A DNA stretch of 62,977 nucleotides, counting the filler, from Dehalococcoidia bacterium (lineage in GTDB: Bacteria > Chloroflexota > Dehalococcoidia > DSTF01 > JACRBR01): NCBI GenBank assembly GCA_041494685.1. It is 5 parts of 4 records of this genome, joined end to end, with 100 filler letters (N's around TTAATTAATTAA, not from the genome) between each part and the next. Parts side by side here need not be neighbours in the genome. Positions count along the whole stretch, not along the records: positions 28,800 to 56,651 come from JBGQBE010000006.1; 4 more parts are not named here. One strand, 5' to 3'. Below are positions 36,982-46,040 of the stretch, in pieces. The stretch's first letter is position 1. Each line of letters starts with the position of its first letter. The notes under the pieces are model-generated. The model saw only the letters and a list, made by a program, of their open reading frames with translations. It was not told where the DNA came from and ran no database searches. Position numbers and translations under genes: made by a program.

Positions 36982-38087
36982 GCCACCGGGCGCCGCCGCG
37001 CCGCGGCGACCGTATCCGAGCGCTCGCGCAGCGGCGTGCCCGCGCCGCCCAGGCGGTCCATCGTGATCTCCGCGACGATGCTCAGCGCGATCTCCTCCGG
37101 CGTCACCGCGCCGATGTCGAGCCCGATCGGCGCGTGGATGTCGCGCAGCCGCTCTTCGGGCACGCCGTCGGCCAGCAGCTGGCGGTAGATCAGCGCGACC
37201 TTGCGGCGGCTGCCCATCAGCCCCACGTAGCCGGCCTGCGTGCGCGCGGCCGCGGCGAGCGCCTGGTAGTCGTACTTATGGCCGCGCGTGACGATGACGA
37301 TGGCGCTGTTGCGCGTGGCGGAGTAGCCCGCAACGGCGGCCTCGATATCGGCGGCGATCACGGTCTCGGCGTCGGGGAAGCGCTCGCGGCTCGCGAACTG
37401 CTCACGGTCGTCGATGACGCTGAAGCGGTAGCCGCTGACCTTCGCGACGGCGGCCAGCGCGTGCCCGACGTGCCCGCCGCCGACGATCACGATCTCCGGC
37501 GACTCGGCGAAGACGTCGGCGAAGGCGCGCGCGCCGTTCGCGAGCACCAGGAGCGCGGGCGCGGGCCGCGGCGCATGCACGACGGTCGTCGCGAGGTGCA
37601 GCGCCTCCGCGTGCAGCGGCCCGAGGTCGCCGCTGCTGCGCCCATCGTCCCAGGCAGCCAGCTTCGACGCCGCCGCGACACCGTCCGCGCCATCGAGCAG
37701 GCTGAGCACGACGCCGCGCCGTCCGCCGGTCGCCGCCTCGCGCATCTGCTCGGCGAGTTGGAGATCGCGCGGGCCGAACGTCGGGTCGATCAGGATCACC
37801 TCGGTGCCGCCGCAGGCGAGGCCGTAGTCCACCGCGATCTCCTGGTTCAATTCGAAGTCCAGCACGCGCGGCGCCCCGCTGGCGATCGCCTCGCGCGCCG
37901 CCTCGAAGACCTCCGCCTCGATGCAGCCGCCGCCCAGCGTGCCAGCGGTGGAGCCGTCGGCGCGGACGAGCAGGCGCGCGCCCACTTTCTGCGGCGTGCT
38001 GCCGCGGGCATCGACCAGCGTGGCCAGCGCGACGCGCTCGCCCGCCTCCAGCGCCCGGCAGAGTTCACCCAGGACATCGCTCTTCAT
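36978..38087 (-). CDS. xdhC: XdhC/CoxI-family Moco chaperone
   Basis: GSTP, GTLGGGCIE, CGG, GLMGSRRK, PIGLDIGAVTPEEIA. Confidence 0.9.
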   Translation of the reverse strand: MKSDVLGELCRALEAGERVALATLVDARGSTPQKVGARLLVRADGSTAGTLGGGCIEAEVFEAAREAIASGAPRVLDFELNQEIAVDYGLACGGTEVILIDPTFGPRDLQLAEQMREAATGGRRGVVLSLLDGADGVAAASKLAAWDDGRSSGDLGPLHAEALHLATTVVHAPRPAPALLVLANGARAFADVFAESPEIVIVGGGHVGHALAAVAKVSGYRFSVIDDREQFASRERFPDAETVIAADIEAAVAGYSATRNSAIVIVTRGHKYDYQALAAAARTQAGYVGLMGSRRKVALIYRQLLADGVPEERLRDIHAPIGLDIGAVTPEEIALSIVAEITMDRLGGAGTPLRERSDTVAAARRRPVA

Positions 38088-38182
38088 GCGTCCACCCCGT
38101 ACTCTTGCTCCTGTAGTGTAAGCGGTCGCGGCGATATGCTGCATCCAGCCTATCGATCGTAGCGACGCGGGAGAGTCACGGC

Positions 38183-39055
38183 ATGCAAGACATCGAATAC
38201 GTAGCGCCGCGCACGCTCGCAGAGGCGGTGGGCGTGCTGAGCCGGCACGGGCCATCGGCGCGCGTGCTGGCCGGCGGTACCGACCTCATCGTGCAGGCGC
38301 GGGAGAACCGCCGGGACGTCGCGGTCATGGTCGACGTGAAGCACGTGCCCGAGACCACGGAGCTTCGCCTCGAAGCGGGCGGGCTCACCATCGGCGCGGC
38401 CGTGCCGTGCGCCCGCATCTACGGCGACCCGGAGATCGCGCGCCGCTACCCGGCGCTCATCGAGTCGGCGTCGCTGATCGGCGGCATCCAGGTGCAGTCG
38501 CGGGCGAGCCTGGGCGGCAACCTCTGCAACGCGTCGCCGGCCGCCGACTCGATCCCGACGCTGATCGCGCTGGGCGCGGTCTGCCGCATCGCCGGCCCGA
38601 ACGGGCGGCGCGAGGTGCCGGTCGAGGAGTTCTGCACCGGCCCCGGCCGGAACCAGCTCGCCGCGGATGAGCTGCTCGTGGCGCTGGTGCTCCCGGCGCC
38701 GTCGGCGCACGCGGGCGCGGCGTTCCAGCGCTTCATCCCCCGCAACGAGATGGATATCGCCGTCTGCAACGCGGCCGCGAGCGTCACGCTCTCCGCCGAC
38801 GGCGCGGCGTTCGTGTCGGCGCGCATCGCTGTCGGGGCCGTCGCGCCGACGCCGCTGTTCGTGCGCGCCGCGGGCGACGCGCTGGCCGGACGGCCGGTCG
38901 GCGCGGCGGCGATCGACCGCGCCGTCGAGGCGGTGCGGGCCGCCGCGCAGCCGATCACGGACATGCGCGGCTCGGCGGCGCAGCGGCGCCACCTGGCGGG
39001 CGTCCTGGCGCGCCGCGTGATCGAGACGGCAGTGGAACGAGCGAGGACGGCATGA
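38183..39055 (+). CDS. Xanthine dehydrogenase-family FAD-binding (medium) subunit
   Basis: LAGGTDL, ASLGGNLCNASPAAD. Confidence 0.92.
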   Translation: MQDIEYVAPRTLAEAVGVLSRHGPSARVLAGGTDLIVQARENRRDVAVMVDVKHVPETTELRLEAGGLTIGAAVPCARIYGDPEIARRYPALIESASLIGGIQVQSRASLGGNLCNASPAADSIPTLIALGAVCRIAGPNGRREVPVEEFCTGPGRNQLAADELLVALVLPAPSAHAGAAFQRFIPRNEMDIAVCNAAASVTLSADGAAFVSARIAVGAVAPTPLFVRAAGDALAGRPVGAAAIDRAVEAVRAAAQPITDMRGSAAQRRHLAGVLARRVIETAVERARTA

Positions 39056-39543
39056 GCGGCAAGACCCACGTCACGACGACGATCAACGGCGAGCGCATGG
39101 AGTTCCTGTGCGAGCCGCGCCAGAGCCTGCTGGAGGTCCTGCGGGACGACCTGGGGCTGACAGGCTCGAAGGAAGGCTGCAACAACGGCAACTGCGGCGC
39201 CTGCAACGTCACGCTGGACGGCGCGCTCGTAAACTCGTGCTGCGTGCTGGCGGTAGAGGTGCAGGACGCGGAGGTCCGCACGATCGAGGGCATCGCGACC
39301 GGCGACCAGCTGCACCCGCTGCAGCGAAGCTTCCTCGAGAACGCGGCCCTGCAGTGCGGCATCTGCACGCCGGGGTTCATCGTGGCCGCGAAGGCGCTGC
39401 TGGACCGGGAGCCGGACGCCGACGAGGCGCGCATCCGGCACTGGCTGGCGGGCAACCTCTGCCGCTGCACGGGATACGACAAGATCATCCGCGCGGTGCT
39501 GGATGCCGCGGCGGAGATGCGACGCACGCCCGCCGGGGCGTAG
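39052..39543 (+). CDS. Xanthine dehydrogenase-family (2Fe-2S) small subunit
   Basis: GCNNGNCGAC, QCGIC, NLCRCTGY. Confidence 0.93.
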   Translation: MSGKTHVTTTINGERMEFLCEPRQSLLEVLRDDLGLTGSKEGCNNGNCGACNVTLDGALVNSCCVLAVEVQDAEVRTIEGIATGDQLHPLQRSFLENAALQCGICTPGFIVAAKALLDREPDADEARIRHWLAGNLCRCTGYDKIIRAVLDAAAEMRRTPAGA

Positions 39544-39560
39544 CCGACAGGAGCGAGACG

Positions 39561-41822
39561 ATGGTGACGACGAACAAGCCGCAGTACAGGGTGATCGGCA
39601 CGCGCCCGGTGCGCCCGGACGGCATCGACAAGGTGACGGGGCGCGCGCAGTACGGCGCGGACATCCGCCTGACCGGCATGCTCTACGGCAAGGTGAAGCG
39701 CAGCCCCCACGCCCACGCGGTCATCAAGAAGATCGACGTCTCGAAAGCGCTGGCGCTGCCCGGCGTGAAGGCGGTGATCACGGCCGCCGACTTGCCGGAA
39801 GCGGAAGACAAGGTGCAGGACCTCGGCGAGAGCACCGCGAACCTGCGCGAGCTGTCGAGCAACGTGCTGGCGGCGCACAAGGTGCTGTACCGCGGCCACG
39901 CCATCGCCGCCGTCGCCGCGACCAGCGCCCACATCGCGCGGCAGGCGCTCGAGCTGATCGACGTCGAGTACGAGGTGCTGCGGCCCGTGCTGGACGTGCG
40001 CGAGGCGATGCGGCCGGACGCGCCGTTGCTGCACGAAGGGCTGCGCACGCGCTCTGTCGCCGGCCCGTCGGAGCGGCCATCGAACGTCGCCGCGCACACG
40101 CAGTTCAACTTCGGCGACGTGGAGCAGGGGTTCGCGGCGGCGGACGTGATCGTCGAGCGCGAGTTCGCGACGAAGATGGTGCACCAGGGCTACATCGAGC
40201 CCCAGGCCGCGACGGCGACGTGGAACGCCGACGGCCAGGTGACGGTGTGGACGGCGACGCAGGGCTCGTTCGCGGTGCGCGCGCAGTGCGCCGAGGTGCT
40301 GCGCCAGCCGATCTCGAAGATCAAGATCGTGCCGACCGAGATCGGCGGCGGCTTCGGCGGCAAGATCAACGTCTACCTGGAGCCGCTGGCGGCGCTGCTC
40401 GCGAAGCGGACCGGCAGGCCCGTGAAGCTGCAGATGGACCGCACCGAGGTCTTCGAGGCCACCGGCCCGACCTCCGGCACGTCGATCAAGATGAAGATGG
40501 GCGCCACGAAGGAGGGCAAGATCGTCGCCGCGCAGGCGGAGCTTGCCTACGAGTCCGGCGCGTTCCCCGGCTCGCCCGTGGTCGAGGGCTCGCTGACGAT
40601 GCTCGCGCCCTACGACATCGAGCACGTCCGCCTCGACGCGTACGACGTCGTCGTGAACAAGCCGAAGACATCCGCGTACCGCGCGCCGGGCGCGCCGGCC
40701 GCCGCGTTCGCCGCGGAGCAGGCGATCGATGAGCTGGCGGAGAAGCTGGGCATCGACCCGCTCAAGTTCCGCCTGCAGAACAGCGCGTTCGAGGGCGTGC
40801 GCGGCCCCGGCGGCAGGCCGCACGGCCGCATCGGCCACGGCGAGTGCCTCGAGGCGGCGCTGAACTCGGCGCACTACAACGCCCCGATCGAAGGGCCGAA
40901 CCGCGGGCGCGGCGTCGCGTCCGGCTTCTGGTTCAACGCGGGCATGCGCTCCAGCGCGACGGTGACGCTGCTGCCCGACGGCACCGTCAGCCTGATCGAG
41001 GGCTCGACCGACATCGGCGGCACGCGCGCGTCGCTCGCGATGCAGCTCGCCGAGACGCTCGGCATCGACTACGACGACGTGAAGCCGAGCGTGGTCGACA
41101 CGGACTCCGTGGGCTACAACGACGTGACCGGCGGCAGCCGCGTCACATACGCCTCCGGCATGGCGGTGCACGAGGCCGGCCTCGCGCTGCAGCGCGAGAT
41201 GATCGAGCGGCTGATGAAGCACTGGCAGTGCGCCAAGGACGACATCGAGTACGGGGACGGCACCTTCCGTACGAAGGACGGTGCGAAGCAGGGCACGTTC
41301 AAGGAGCTGGCCGGCCAGTTGCTTGGCCGCGGGCCGGGCATCACCGCCAGCGGCTCCGTGCAGGCGGGGTTCGGCTCCGCCGCGCTGGCCACGCACATCG
41401 CCGACGTGGAGGTGGACCCGGAGACCGGCAAGGTGACGGTGCTGCGCTACACCGCCGTGCAGGACGCGGGCACCGCGATCCACCCATCGTACGTCGAAGG
41501 CCAGATGCAGGGCGGCGTCGTGCAGGGCATTGGCTGGGCGCTGAACGAGGAGTACTACTATGACGACAGCGGCCGCATGGCCAACTCCAGCTTCCTGGAC
41601 TACCGCATGCCGACGGCGCTCGACGTGCCGATGATCGACACGATCATCGTCGAGGTGCCGTCGCCGCTGCACCCGTACGGTGTGCGCGGCGTCGGCGAGG
41701 TGCCGATCGTGCCGCCGCTCGCGGCGATCGCGAACGCCGTGTACCGCGCGACGGGCGTGCGCCAGACGCAGCTGCCGATGTCGCCGCGCCGCATCCTCGA
41801 GACCACGCTCGGCATCGTGTAG
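39561..41822 (+). CDS. Xanthine dehydrogenase-family molybdopterin-binding (large) subunit
   Basis: KVTGRAQY, GGGFGGK, AYRAPG, GGSR, GVGEVP. Confidence 0.93.
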   Translation: MVTTNKPQYRVIGTRPVRPDGIDKVTGRAQYGADIRLTGMLYGKVKRSPHAHAVIKKIDVSKALALPGVKAVITAADLPEAEDKVQDLGESTANLRELSSNVLAAHKVLYRGHAIAAVAATSAHIARQALELIDVEYEVLRPVLDVREAMRPDAPLLHEGLRTRSVAGPSERPSNVAAHTQFNFGDVEQGFAAADVIVEREFATKMVHQGYIEPQAATATWNADGQVTVWTATQGSFAVRAQCAEVLRQPISKIKIVPTEIGGGFGGKINVYLEPLAALLAKRTGRPVKLQMDRTEVFEATGPTSGTSIKMKMGATKEGKIVAAQAELAYESGAFPGSPVVEGSLTMLAPYDIEHVRLDAYDVVVNKPKTSAYRAPGAPAAAFAAEQAIDELAEKLGIDPLKFRLQNSAFEGVRGPGGRPHGRIGHGECLEAALNSAHYNAPIEGPNRGRGVASGFWFNAGMRSSATVTLLPDGTVSLIEGSTDIGGTRASLAMQLAETLGIDYDDVKPSVVDTDSVGYNDVTGGSRVTYASGMAVHEAGLALQREMIERLMKHWQCAKDDIEYGDGTFRTKDGAKQGTFKELAGQLLGRGPGITASGSVQAGFGSAALATHIADVEVDPETGKVTVLRYTAVQDAGTAIHPSYVEGQMQGGVVQGIGWALNEEYYYDDSGRMANSSFLDYRMPTALDVPMIDTIIVEVPSPLHPYGVRGVGEVPIVPPLAAIANAVYRATGVRQTQLPMSPRRILETTLGIV

Positions 41823-41892
41823 GGGCGCGGGGCGCCACGCCCGCCGGGCGTCGCATATGGCATGGTAGGGGCGCAGCCTGCTGCGCCCGCCG
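41819..41892 (+). repeat. Two GTAG-type REP elements in tandem
   Basis: GTAGGGGCGCGGGGCGCCACGCCCGCCG (41819-41846) and GTAGGGGCGCAGCCTGCTGCGCCCGCCG (41865-41892). Confidence 0.75.
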
Positions 41893-41906
41893 CAGGGAGA
41901 CGCAAG

Positions 41907-42668
41907 ATGGACGCGCCCACCGACTTCTCGCTAACCGGCAAGGTCGCGCTGGTGACCGGCGGCAGCCGCGGGCTCGGGCGCGCGATGGTGCTCGGCTTCG
42001 CGCGCGCCGGCGCGGACGTGGTGATCGCCAGCCGCAAGCTGGACGCCTGCCAGGCGCTGGCGGCCGAGGTGGAAGCGACGACGGGGCGCCGGGCGCTGGC
42101 GCACGCGTGCCACGTAGGGCAATGGGACCAGATCGACGGGCTGGTGGAGGCCGCGTACGCGCGCTTCGGGCGCGTCGACGTGCTGGTGAACAACGCCGGC
42201 ATGTCGCCGGTCTACCCGCGCCCGGTCGACGTCACCGAGGAGCTGTACGACAAGGTGCTGGACGTCAACCTGAAGGGGCCGTTCCGGCTGACGGCGCTCG
42301 TCGGCACGCGCATGGCGGCGGACGACGGCGGCTCGATCATCAACATCAGCAGCACGGCGTCGATCCGGCCGAGCGAGTTCGTCATCCCGTACGCCGCGGC
42401 CAAGGCCGGCGTCAACGCGATGACCGAGGCGTTCGCGTACGCCTACGGGCCGAAGGTGCGCGTGAACTGCATCATGCCGGGCCCGTTCCTGACGGACATC
42501 TCGAAGGCGTGGGATATGCCCGCCTTCGAACGGCAGGCGCAGCGCTTCGCGATGCGGCGCGGCGGCGAGCCGGACGAGATCGTCGGCGCGGCGCTCTACT
42601 TCGCCAGCGACGCGTCGAGCTTTACGACGGGGGCGATCCTGCGCATCGACGGCGGCAGCCGGGCGTAG
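41907..42668 (+). CDS. SDR-family oxidoreductase
   Basis: TGGSRGLG, NNAG, YAAAK. Confidence 0.93.
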   Translation: MDAPTDFSLTGKVALVTGGSRGLGRAMVLGFARAGADVVIASRKLDACQALAAEVEATTGRRALAHACHVGQWDQIDGLVEAAYARFGRVDVLVNNAGMSPVYPRPVDVTEELYDKVLDVNLKGPFRLTALVGTRMAADDGGSIINISSTASIRPSEFVIPYAAAKAGVNAMTEAFAYAYGPKVRVNCIMPGPFLTDISKAWDMPAFERQAQRFAMRRGGEPDEIVGAALYFASDASSFTTGAILRIDGGSRA

Positions 42669-43868
42669 CTACTTCGCCGCGGCGCGCGCGTCCTCTTCGA
42701 TGACGTGCTCCAGCGTCGCCAGCCCCTGCTCCAGCTCTTCGTCGGTCACGGTGAGCGGCGGCACGATGCGGACGGCGTTCGGCCGGACGTTGTTCACGAT
42801 GACGCCGGCCTTCAGCGCGGCGTCGGTCACGCGCTGGCCGATGTCGCCGGTGAACTCGATCGCCCACATCAACCCCTTGCCGCGCACGGACGCGACGTTC
42901 GCGCAGCGGTCCAGCAGCGACTGCAGCCGCCGCTCGACGATCTTCTCCTTGCGCGCGACGTCCGCGGGGATGTCGTTGTCGATGATGTACTTCATCACCT
43001 CGTAGCCCACGCGCGTCGTCAGCGGCTCGCCGCCGTACGTGCTGCCGTGGTCGCCGGGCGTGAACACCGCCGCGTGCTCCTTCGCCAGGAACGCCGCCAG
43101 CGGCACGCCGCCGCCGATGCCCTTGCCGAGCGTCATGATGTCCGGCTCGGCGCCGAAGAGCTGGTAGGCGAAGAGCGTGCCGAGCCGGCCGCAGCCCGTC
43201 TGCACCTCGTCGAAGATCAACAGGATGTGCTGCTCGTCGCACCAGGCGCGCAGCGCCGGCAGGTAGCCCGCGTCCGGCACGTTGATGCCGCCCTCGCCCT
43301 GGATCGGCTCGATGAAGATGGCCGCCGTCTTGCCTGTCGTGGCGCGCTTCACCGCGTCGATGTCGTTGAACGGGACGTGGACGAAGCCCTCGGGCAGCGG
43401 CGCGAACGGCGCCTTGTAGCGCTCGGTGCCGCCGGCGGTGATCGTCTGCAGCGTGCGGCCGTGGAAGGCGTTCTCGGTGCAGATGATCTCGTACGCGCCC
43501 TGCTTCTTCTCCTTGCCCCACTTCCGCGCCAGCTTCAGCGCGCCCTCGTTCACTTCGGCGCCGCTGTTCTGGAAGTAGACGCGGTCGAAGCACGAGTTCT
43601 CGATCAGCAGCTCCGCGAGCTGGAGCTGGGGGATGGAGTAGAACGCGTTCGAGACGTGGATCAGCTTCGACGCCTGGTCGCGCAGCGCCTCGACGATCAC
43701 CGGGTGCGAGTGGCCGAGGCTGATCGTCGCGGGGCCGCCGAAGAAGTCCAGGTACTCCTTGCCGTCCTCGTCCCAGATGCGCGTGCCCTCGCCGCGCACG
43801 GCCACGATGTCCATGCGGCGGCCGGTGCGCATGAAGTAGCGCTCTTCCTTGGCCCGCCAGTCAGTCAT
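42669..43868 (-). CDS. argD: Acetylornithine aminotransferase (class III PLP)
   Basis: NSGAE.NE, FHGRT, EPIQGEGG, DEVQTG, TLGKGIGGG, HGSTYGG. Confidence 0.85.
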   Translation of the reverse strand: MTDWRAKEERYFMRTGRRMDIVAVRGEGTRIWDEDGKEYLDFFGGPATISLGHSHPVIVEALRDQASKLIHVSNAFYSIPQLQLAELLIENSCFDRVYFQNSGAEVNEGALKLARKWGKEKKQGAYEIICTENAFHGRTLQTITAGGTERYKAPFAPLPEGFVHVPFNDIDAVKRATTGKTAAIFIEPIQGEGGINVPDAGYLPALRAWCDEQHILLIFDEVQTGCGRLGTLFAYQLFGAEPDIMTLGKGIGGGVPLAAFLAKEHAAVFTPGDHGSTYGGEPLTTRVGYEVMKYIIDNDIPADVARKEKIVERRLQSLLDRCANVASVRGKGLMWAIEFTGDIGQRVTDAALKAGVIVNNVRPNAVRIVPPLTVTDEELEQGLATLEHVIEEDARAAAK

Positions 43869-43930
43869 GCACGAAGAATACCATGCTGGTCGGAGGGGGA
43901 CGGCGTCGGGCGGTCGGAGTGCGGCGGGAT

Positions 43931-45151
43931 CTAGCTCTCGAGTTCGTCCAGGTGCGCGCGGATCTTGAGGATGCCGTCGCACAGGTCGTCGACGTCCGCC
44001 GCCGTGCCGAGGAAGATCTCGTGCGGCAGCCAGATCATCTCCTTGCCGGCCGCCTTCTCGGCGACAGGGCAGTGCGTCTGGCTGTAGTCCACCTCGATCG
44101 GCGCGTCCTTCCACGCGAAGAGCGGGTTGCTGTAGACGGGCGTGTAGAACGCCCCGTAGAGCTTCATCCCCTCGGCGGAGAGCGCCCGCGCGAAGCGGTC
44201 GCGCGGGGTGCCGCGCCAGGCGCGCTCGTCGTAGCGCAGCACCACGCCGTAGCCGGAGCGCTGCGTCATCCGCTCGTCCTGCGGCAGCGTGCTGACGCCT
44301 TCGATCTCGGCGACGCGGCGCTCGAAGTGCGTGATGTTCTCGTTGCGGCGCGCCACCTGCTCCGGCAGGCGTTCGAGCTGCGCCAGCAGCACGGCCGCCT
44401 GGAACTCCGTGATGCGGTAGTTCCAGCCGAGCATCGTGCCCTCGGCGGCCTCGCGGTCCGTCGTCTTCACGCGGCCGGAGTTCACGTACGCGTGGCAGCG
44501 CTCCTCCATAGCGTCGTCGCTGGTGATGATGATGCCGCCCTCGCCGCTGGTCATCAGCTTCGACGACTGGAAGCTGAACGCACCGAGGTCGCCCAGCGTG
44601 CCGGCGCCGCGGCCGCGCCAGAAGCCGCCGTGCATGTGCGCGCAGTCCTCGATCACGCGCAGGCCGCGCGCCCGCGCGATCTCGCCGATGCGGTCCATGT
44701 CGGCCATGCGCGAGCCCAGGTGCACGGGCAGGATGGCGCGCGTATCCGGCGTGATGTGCCGCTCGATCTGCGCGGCGTCCATGCACCAGGTCTGCGGGTC
44801 CACGTCCACGAATACCGGCTTGAAGCCCTGCACGAGCGCCGCGAACGCCGTGGCGTAGAACGTCAGCGCCGGTACCAGCACCTCGTCGCCGCGCTCCAGG
44901 CCGGCGGCGCGCAGCGATACTTCGAGCGCGGTGGTGCCGCCCGTGGTGCAGATGCCGTACTTCGCGCCGTGGTAGTCCGCGAACTTCTGCGCGAACTCGC
45001 CCGCAAAGACGTTGGGCGACGGGAATCCGCCCCAGTTGCCGCTCTCGACCACGCGCTGCAGGTTCCGGAGCTCGCGCTCATCGTGCTGCGGCCAGTCCGG
45101 CCAGGGCTCCGTGCGCAGCGGCTCCCCGCCGCGGATCGCGAGATGTGGCAT
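43931..45151 (-). CDS. DegT/DnrJ/EryC1/StrS-family aminotransferase
   Basis: IEDCAH, FSFQSSKLMTSGEGG, GWNYR. Confidence 0.93.
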   Translation of the reverse strand: MPHLAIRGGEPLRTEPWPDWPQHDERELRNLQRVVESGNWGGFPSPNVFAGEFAQKFADYHGAKYGICTTGGTTALEVSLRAAGLERGDEVLVPALTFYATAFAALVQGFKPVFVDVDPQTWCMDAAQIERHITPDTRAILPVHLGSRMADMDRIGEIARARGLRVIEDCAHMHGGFWRGRGAGTLGDLGAFSFQSSKLMTSGEGGIIITSDDAMEERCHAYVNSGRVKTTDREAAEGTMLGWNYRITEFQAAVLLAQLERLPEQVARRNENITHFERRVAEIEGVSTLPQDERMTQRSGYGVVLRYDERAWRGTPRDRFARALSAEGMKLYGAFYTPVYSNPLFAWKDAPIEVDYSQTHCPVAEKAAGKEMIWLPHEIFLGTAADVDDLCDGILKIRAHLDELES

Positions 45152-45172
45152 GCGTGCAGGGTAGCGGAACGG

Positions 45173-45248
45173 CCGCTGGTCGCTAGTTGCTGGTCGCTGG
45201 CACAAGCTTCCAACTGCCCACTACCCAACTACCAACTACCAACTCCCC
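45173..45248 (+). repeat. Two heptamer repeat arrays in opposed orientation
   Basis: GCTGGTC GCTAGTT GCTGGTC GCTGGC ... CCAACTG CCCACTA CCCAACTA CCAACTA CCAACTC. Confidence 0.65.
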
Positions 45249-45914
45249 TCACACCGTCACCGGCTCTCGCTTCGTGAACGTGAAGAGCTGCGCGGGGCGG
45301 TGCGCGCCCTCCATGCGGGTGCCGCCGGCGGGCTTGATGATGCCGAGCGAGAGCATGCGGCGGCGGAAGTTCCGCTTGTCCAGCTCATGGTCGAGGATCG
45401 CCTCGTACACCTGCTGCAGGTCGCTGAGCGTGAACTGGCGCGGCAGCAGGCTGTACGCCACGTTCGTGTAGTCGAGCTTCGATCGCAGCCGCCGCACGGC
45501 GTAGTCGACGACGGCGTTGTTCTCGAACGCCAGCGCCGGCAGCTTGTACGCGCTGTGCCATGCGGGACGCCACGCCTCGCTGTCGCGCAGCCGCACCTGC
45601 GTGTGTTGCACCAGCGCGAAGTAGGCGATTGCGACGCCGCGCCCCGCGCCGTCGCCGCGCGACAGTTCGCCGAAGGTGTAGAGCTGCTCCAGGTAGACGT
45701 CCTGCACGCCGGTCTCGTCGAGGAGCTTGCGCGCGGCCGCGCGGTCAAGCGTCTCGCCCTCGGCTAAGAGGCCGCCCGGCAGCGCCCAGTAGTCGCGGAA
45801 CGGCTCGGCGCTGCGCCGGATCAGCAGCACGCGCAGGTCATCCTCCACGACGGTGAGGATGACGACGACGACCGCTACGAGCGGCGCGACTGGGGTGCGT
45901 TGTGCGGGAGGCAC
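45249..45914 (-). CDS. nrtR: NrtR-type NUDIX + winged-helix regulator
   Basis: WALPGG...ETLDRAAARKLLDETG, EQLYTF, FTLSDLQQVYE...DKRNFRR, HRPAQL. Confidence 0.85.
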   Translation of the reverse strand: MPPAQRTPVAPLVAVVVVILTVVEDDLRVLLIRRSAEPFRDYWALPGGLLAEGETLDRAAARKLLDETGVQDVYLEQLYTFGELSRGDGAGRGVAIAYFALVQHTQVRLRDSEAWRPAWHSAYKLPALAFENNAVVDYAVRRLRSKLDYTNVAYSLLPRQFTLSDLQQVYEAILDHELDKRNFRRRMLSLGIIKPAGGTRMEGAHRPAQLFTFTKREPVTV

Positions 45915-45918
45915 GGAA

Positions 45919-46038
45919 CTATCGCTGATCCTTGCGGCGTTCCTCGAAGTACCCTTCGGTCAGGTTCCAGACCAGGCCCACAGCGGCGAACGCGCCGATG
46001 CCGGCCAGCAGTGGCAGTACGAGTGCGTCGAGTGACAT
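45919..46038 (-). CDS. Small single-pass membrane protein (39 aa)
   Basis: Below ORF-track cutoff; MSLDALVLPLLAGIGAFAAVGLVWNLTEGYFEERRKDQR fills the miaB-nrtR gap (2 nt after miaB stop, 4 nt before nrtR start). Confidence 0.55.
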   Translation of the reverse strand: MSLDALVLPLLAGIGAFAAVGLVWNLTEGYFEERRKDQR

Positions 46039-46040
46039 AT

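Noticed and set aside
39561..41822. Aerobic CO dehydrogenase (coxMSL order)
   Set aside because: Active-site loop is AYRAPG, not AYxCSFR or AYxGAGR
42669..44786. Apparent 705-aa extended ArgD ORF
   Set aside because: The N-terminal extension is an alternative frame of the degT gene; true start at 43868 is supported by a leaderless -10 box
43931..45151. AHBA-synthase/aminocyclitol aminotransferase-like gene as sign of an antibiotic cluster
   Set aside because: No other biosynthetic genes nearby; stand-alone DegT-family member
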